NCBI GenBank assembly: GCA_050633305.1
Contig: JBOEGF010000001.1
Coordinates: 64,001-128,000, forward strand
Length of the DNA stretch: 64,000 nt
Reading direction: 5' to 3'
Origin: Nannocystales bacterium
GTDB taxonomy: Bacteria; Myxococcota_A; Polyangia; Nannocystales; Nannocystaceae
Below, in pieces: positions 60,887-64,000 of the stretch; the stretch's first letter is position 1; each line of letters opens with the position of its first letter. Position numbers and translations under genes: made by a program. The notes beneath the pieces are model-generated. The model worked only from the letters and a program-made list of their open reading frames with translations, ran no database searches and was not told the DNA's origin.

Positions 60887-61639
60887 ATGGCTGGATCCCT
60901 CGCCTGCATTCTCTCCTACGGACTCACCTGCACCCCGGCCACGGTCGAGATCGCGGAGCCGCCGCCTCCTACGCCCCTCGAGCCGGCCGCTGAAGCCGAT
61001 CCCGAACCCGAACCGGCGTCCGACACGGGCAAACCACCCAAGGGCGAGGCGTCCAGGCGGCTGGTCCAGGTCCAGAGCTTCTACGACGGCACGTCCAACC
61101 TTCAGGCCTCGTTCACCCAGACGTACAGCAACAGCGTCTACGGTACGAAGAAGGTCTCCAAGGGCGTCTTGAAGGCCGTAAAGCCAGGCAAGATGGTGTG
61201 GGATTACGCTGCCGCGGACACCCCGGACATCTACGTCGATGGCAGCCGGGTCTGGTCGGTGGAGCGCGATACCAAGCAGGTCGCGACCCGGGACATCGGA
61301 AAATCCGACATCGCCGGCGTCGAGAAATTCCTCTTTGGCGGCAAACAGCTGACCGAGGACTTCAGGGTCAAAATCGCCGAGGCCAAGTTTCAGAAGCGCT
61401 ACGCTTCGAAGGCGGGGCAGACGGCGATTCGGATGCAGCCGAAGAAGAAAAACCCGCACTACAAAGAGATCATCTTGGTGGTCGATGACGCGACAGGGCG
61501 GGTGCAAGCGTTTGCGCTGTGGAACCAGGACGGGAGCACAAACCTGTTCCAGCTGGCCAAAATCGTGCGCAACGGCGGCCTCACGGCGAAAGACGTCAAG
61601 TTCGTGAAGCCCGCCGGTTACACGCTCATCGAAGGCTGA
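60887..61639 (+). CDS. lolA: Outer-membrane lipoprotein carrier LolA
   Basis: LQASFTQ, SKG.L...KPGKMVWDY, YVDG..VW, F..P.G terminus. Confidence 0.88.
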   Translation: MAGSLACILSYGLTCTPATVEIAEPPPPTPLEPAAEADPEPEPASDTGKPPKGEASRRLVQVQSFYDGTSNLQASFTQTYSNSVYGTKKVSKGVLKAVKPGKMVWDYAAADTPDIYVDGSRVWSVERDTKQVATRDIGKSDIAGVEKFLFGGKQLTEDFRVKIAEAKFQKRYASKAGQTAIRMQPKKKNPHYKEIILVVDDATGRVQAFALWNQDGSTNLFQLAKIVRNGGLTAKDVKFVKPAGYTLIEG

Positions 61640-61802
61640 GACCGTCTGTTTGGCCGTGTGTGATTCCGCCGTGTCTCGGTGGCACTCAGGCGCATTGAAC
61701 ACTCCAGGCCGGTGCTGCTACCTTTCGCGGCATCGTGGGGTGGGCGTTCGGTTGGTCCGGCGCGCGCGCGCGCATTTCCTGAACACTGAGGTTGTCGACA
61801 TC

Positions 61803-62864
61803 ATGATGGATCAAACTCTGAAATTGCTTGGCCTGGGTCTTTGCGCGGCGGTTGCCGCTGGTTGCCCCGCCGATGACACGGACGCAGCAGACGGTACGGA
61901 CTCCGCTGCCGCCTCCACCGGGGAAACGGGCGGCCCCACGACGGACACGCCGACGTCGACGACGGACACACCGACGACCACCGACACGCCGTCCACAGGC
62001 CAGCCGTCGACCACCGACACGCCGACCACATCGGACCCGGACACCACCGACACGGAGGGAGGCGCGTGCCCGGGAGTTCCGGAGTCCGGAGCGGCCGCGG
62101 ATGAAGCCTGCAGTGCCAACGACGAGTGTGAGTCCGGGGTCTGCCTGTTGTTCCAAGACGTCCCGGCTGACGACGACGCCGTTTGTGGCGCGGTGATGGA
62201 AGACTGCAGCACCCGCGTCACGGGTACGGTCTACGACTTCCTCACCCGTGAAAGCCTGCGTGGCGAAGAAGTTCGCGTCGTGAAGGCGCTCGACGCCCTG
62301 ACGATGCCCGCAACGGCCGAGCCCGTGGCCAGCGGCACCGCCAACGACGACGGTGAGGTCGACTTCGTCTCCGACGGCCCGATCTCCTCGCCGATCGCGA
62401 TCATCGCGACCGTCGGTGGCACCGCCGATTACTTCCTCACGGCGACCGGCGTGGCTGGGGACGATGGCGGCTACGCACCGGGCACCGGGCTGCATGAGTT
62501 CTTCGCCGTTCCCAACGCCTCGCTCGACGCCTGGAACGACTCGCTCGACGGCGTTGCTGACGACAAGCTTCTTCCCGTCGGAGTCGCTGGCGGCATCGTC
62601 GGGTTCGTCCGCGACGCCAACGGCGATCCGGTCGCAGGGGCGACCGTGTCACCGGAGACGGACGGCTCCGGGGCGGCGATCTACTACCCGCAGGCTGACG
62701 ACTCGGTCAGCGAGATGATGACGGACGAAACCGGTCTGTTCATCGCGGTTGGTGGTGCAGCCACTGGCGAGGACTTCGTCGCGACGGCCGACGGCCTCTC
62801 GGGAAGCGGCACCGCAGGCACCGCCGCCAACGTGGTGTTCTCGCTGGTCCTCACGCTCCAGTAG
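61803..62864 (+). CDS. Lipoprotein with Thr-rich linker and carboxypeptidase-regulatory-like beta domains
   Basis: Lipobox AAGC; TTDTP repeats; GFVRDANGDPVAGATV, TDETGLF. Confidence 0.75.
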   Translation: MMDQTLKLLGLGLCAAVAAGCPADDTDAADGTDSAAASTGETGGPTTDTPTSTTDTPTTTDTPSTGQPSTTDTPTTSDPDTTDTEGGACPGVPESGAAADEACSANDECESGVCLLFQDVPADDDAVCGAVMEDCSTRVTGTVYDFLTRESLRGEEVRVVKALDALTMPATAEPVASGTANDDGEVDFVSDGPISSPIAIIATVGGTADYFLTATGVAGDDGGYAPGTGLHEFFAVPNASLDAWNDSLDGVADDKLLPVGVAGGIVGFVRDANGDPVAGATVSPETDGSGAAIYYPQADDSVSEMMTDETGLFIAVGGAATGEDFVATADGLSGSGTAGTAANVVFSLVLTLQ

Positions 62865-62886
62865 GGTCTCCTCGGACCCTCGTCCG

Positions 62887-62917
62887 AGCCCCGCGCGCCT
62901 TCTGGCGTTGCGGGGCT
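62887..62917 (+). terminator. Possible terminator hairpin
   Basis: agccccgc...gcggggct after the stop; weak U-tract. Confidence 0.45.
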
Positions 62918-63029
62918 TCGTCGATTCCGGCGCAGCCGGCCGCCCCCGCCACCTACATCCTGCGCGAAGACTCACATTCGCGGCACTCCCGCGTCTGTGG
63001 TAACGGAGATACAACACTGTCACCCCAGG

Positions 63030-63045
63030 CTGACCGGTCGGTCAG
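63030..63045. promoter_or_regulatory. Palindromic operator CTGAC-N6-GTCAG
   Basis: ctgaccggtcggtcag, 31 bp upstream of the ATG at 63077. Confidence 0.55.
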
Positions 63046-63076
63046 TCAGTCGGTCGGTTGCCCGGAAAAGTTTGCC

Positions 63077-64000
63077 ATGACCACACGCACGTCTGTCCTC
63101 ACGCTCTCCCTGCTTGCTCTCCCGATGGCCCTCGCGGGCTGTCCCTCCGACGACGTCGGTGGTGCAGAGACGGAATCCGACGCCGACGGTGCGACCTCCA
63201 CCGCGTCCAGCACTGCGGGAACCGACCCGACCACCGGTACCAGTGCTGCCGAGTCCGGGAGCACCAGCGCAGTCGACACGAGCACCGGTGAAGACGTCGA
63301 GCTTCCCGAGGGCTGCGACTACTTTGTGTCCGCCGACTCGGCCACCGTCCAAGAGGACATGCTCACCGCACTGGTCGACGTCGAGCCCATGCAGGTCGTC
63401 TGCGTCAGCGAAGGAACGTTCACGTTCACGCGCCAACTGACGATGCCGACTGACGATGTGACGCTCCGCGGCGCCGGTCAGGACACGACGATCTTCGACT
63501 TCAGCGGTCAGAAGTCTGGCGGCAACGGAATCCTCATCGAGGGGGACCGCAACACCATCGAGGCACTGACCGTCGTCGAGACTCCTGGGGATGGAATCCG
63601 TGCCAACGATGTCGACGGCGTCGTGTTCCGCAATGTCACCGTGGGTTGGGCTGCGGAAGCTGACCCGACCAACGGCGCGTACGCGCTGTATCCGGTGCAG
63701 TCGGAGAATGTCGTCATCGACGGCTGTGTCGTCTACGGCGCGGCTGATGCTGGGGTCTACCTCGGCCAGTCGGGCAAGGCGTTGATCGAGAACTCCGAGG
63801 CCTACGGCAACGTCATCGGCATCGAGGTGGAGAACTCGACCGACGTGGTCGTGCGCAACAACAACGCACACGACAACACCAACGGCATTCTCATCATCAC
63901 GCTTCCGGGGCTCGACATCCTCGACGGCAAGCGAGCCAACGTTCACGGAAATACGATCGTCAACAACAACACGGTCAACTTCGGCGACCCCGGAACGACG
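63077..64000 (+). CDS. Parallel beta-helix repeat lipoprotein (partial, runs off right edge)
   Basis: Manual translation MTTRTSVLTLSLLALPMALAGC...TPGDGI...NGAYALYPVQS...GAADAGVYLGQS...NVIGIEVENS...NTNGILIITLPGL (TIGR03805-like). Confidence 0.88.
   Translation, partial: MTTRTSVLTLSLLALPMALAGCPSDDVGGAETESDADGATSTASSTAGTDPTTGTSAAESGSTSAVDTSTGEDVELPEGCDYFVSADSATVQEDMLTALVDVEPMQVVCVSEGTFTFTRQLTMPTDDVTLRGAGQDTTIFDFSGQKSGGNGILIEGDRNTIEALTVVETPGDGIRANDVDGVVFRNVTVGWAAEADPTNGAYALYPVQSENVVIDGCVVYGAADAGVYLGQSGKALIENSEAYGNVIGIEVENSTDVVVRNNNAHDNTNGILIITLPGLDILDGKRANVHGNTIVNNNTVNFGDPGTT

Overview
High-GC window from a myxobacterium. Many Cys/Asp-rich lipoproteins, a MYXO-CTERM-type protease and OmpA/TSP3 proteins suggest Nannocystaceae-like Myxococcota (inference). 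It holds about 52 CDSs, one tRNA-Gly(CCC), and no CRISPR array, rRNA, integrase or transposase. Housekeeping genes (miaB, sppA, hemJ, yigZ, tex, ftsK, lolA, 5-formyl-THF cyclo-ligase) are mixed with envelope and secreted-protein genes. The top candidate novelty is a 1515-aa protein (23334-27881, minus) that fuses class I phosphomannose isomerase, phosphomannomutase and a divergent nucleotidyltransferase-like domain. It may be a one-polypeptide fructose-6-P to NDP-mannose pathway, and it lies downstream of a WecB/TagA glycosyltransferase. Other observations: a sigma54 module (enhancer, IHF-like site, -24/-12 box) in front of a ferredoxin and a macro-domain-like protein; an OmpA-TSP3 gene paired with a thrombospondin-C-domain lipoprotein (TraAB-like); an orphan acidic GroES coupled to a beta-barrel-fused SppA; a TetR operator motif repeated 62 kb away; several sigma54 promoters; and an FG-GAP gene pair lying between ftsK and lolA. 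All family calls come from motifs recognised by eye, not from database searches.
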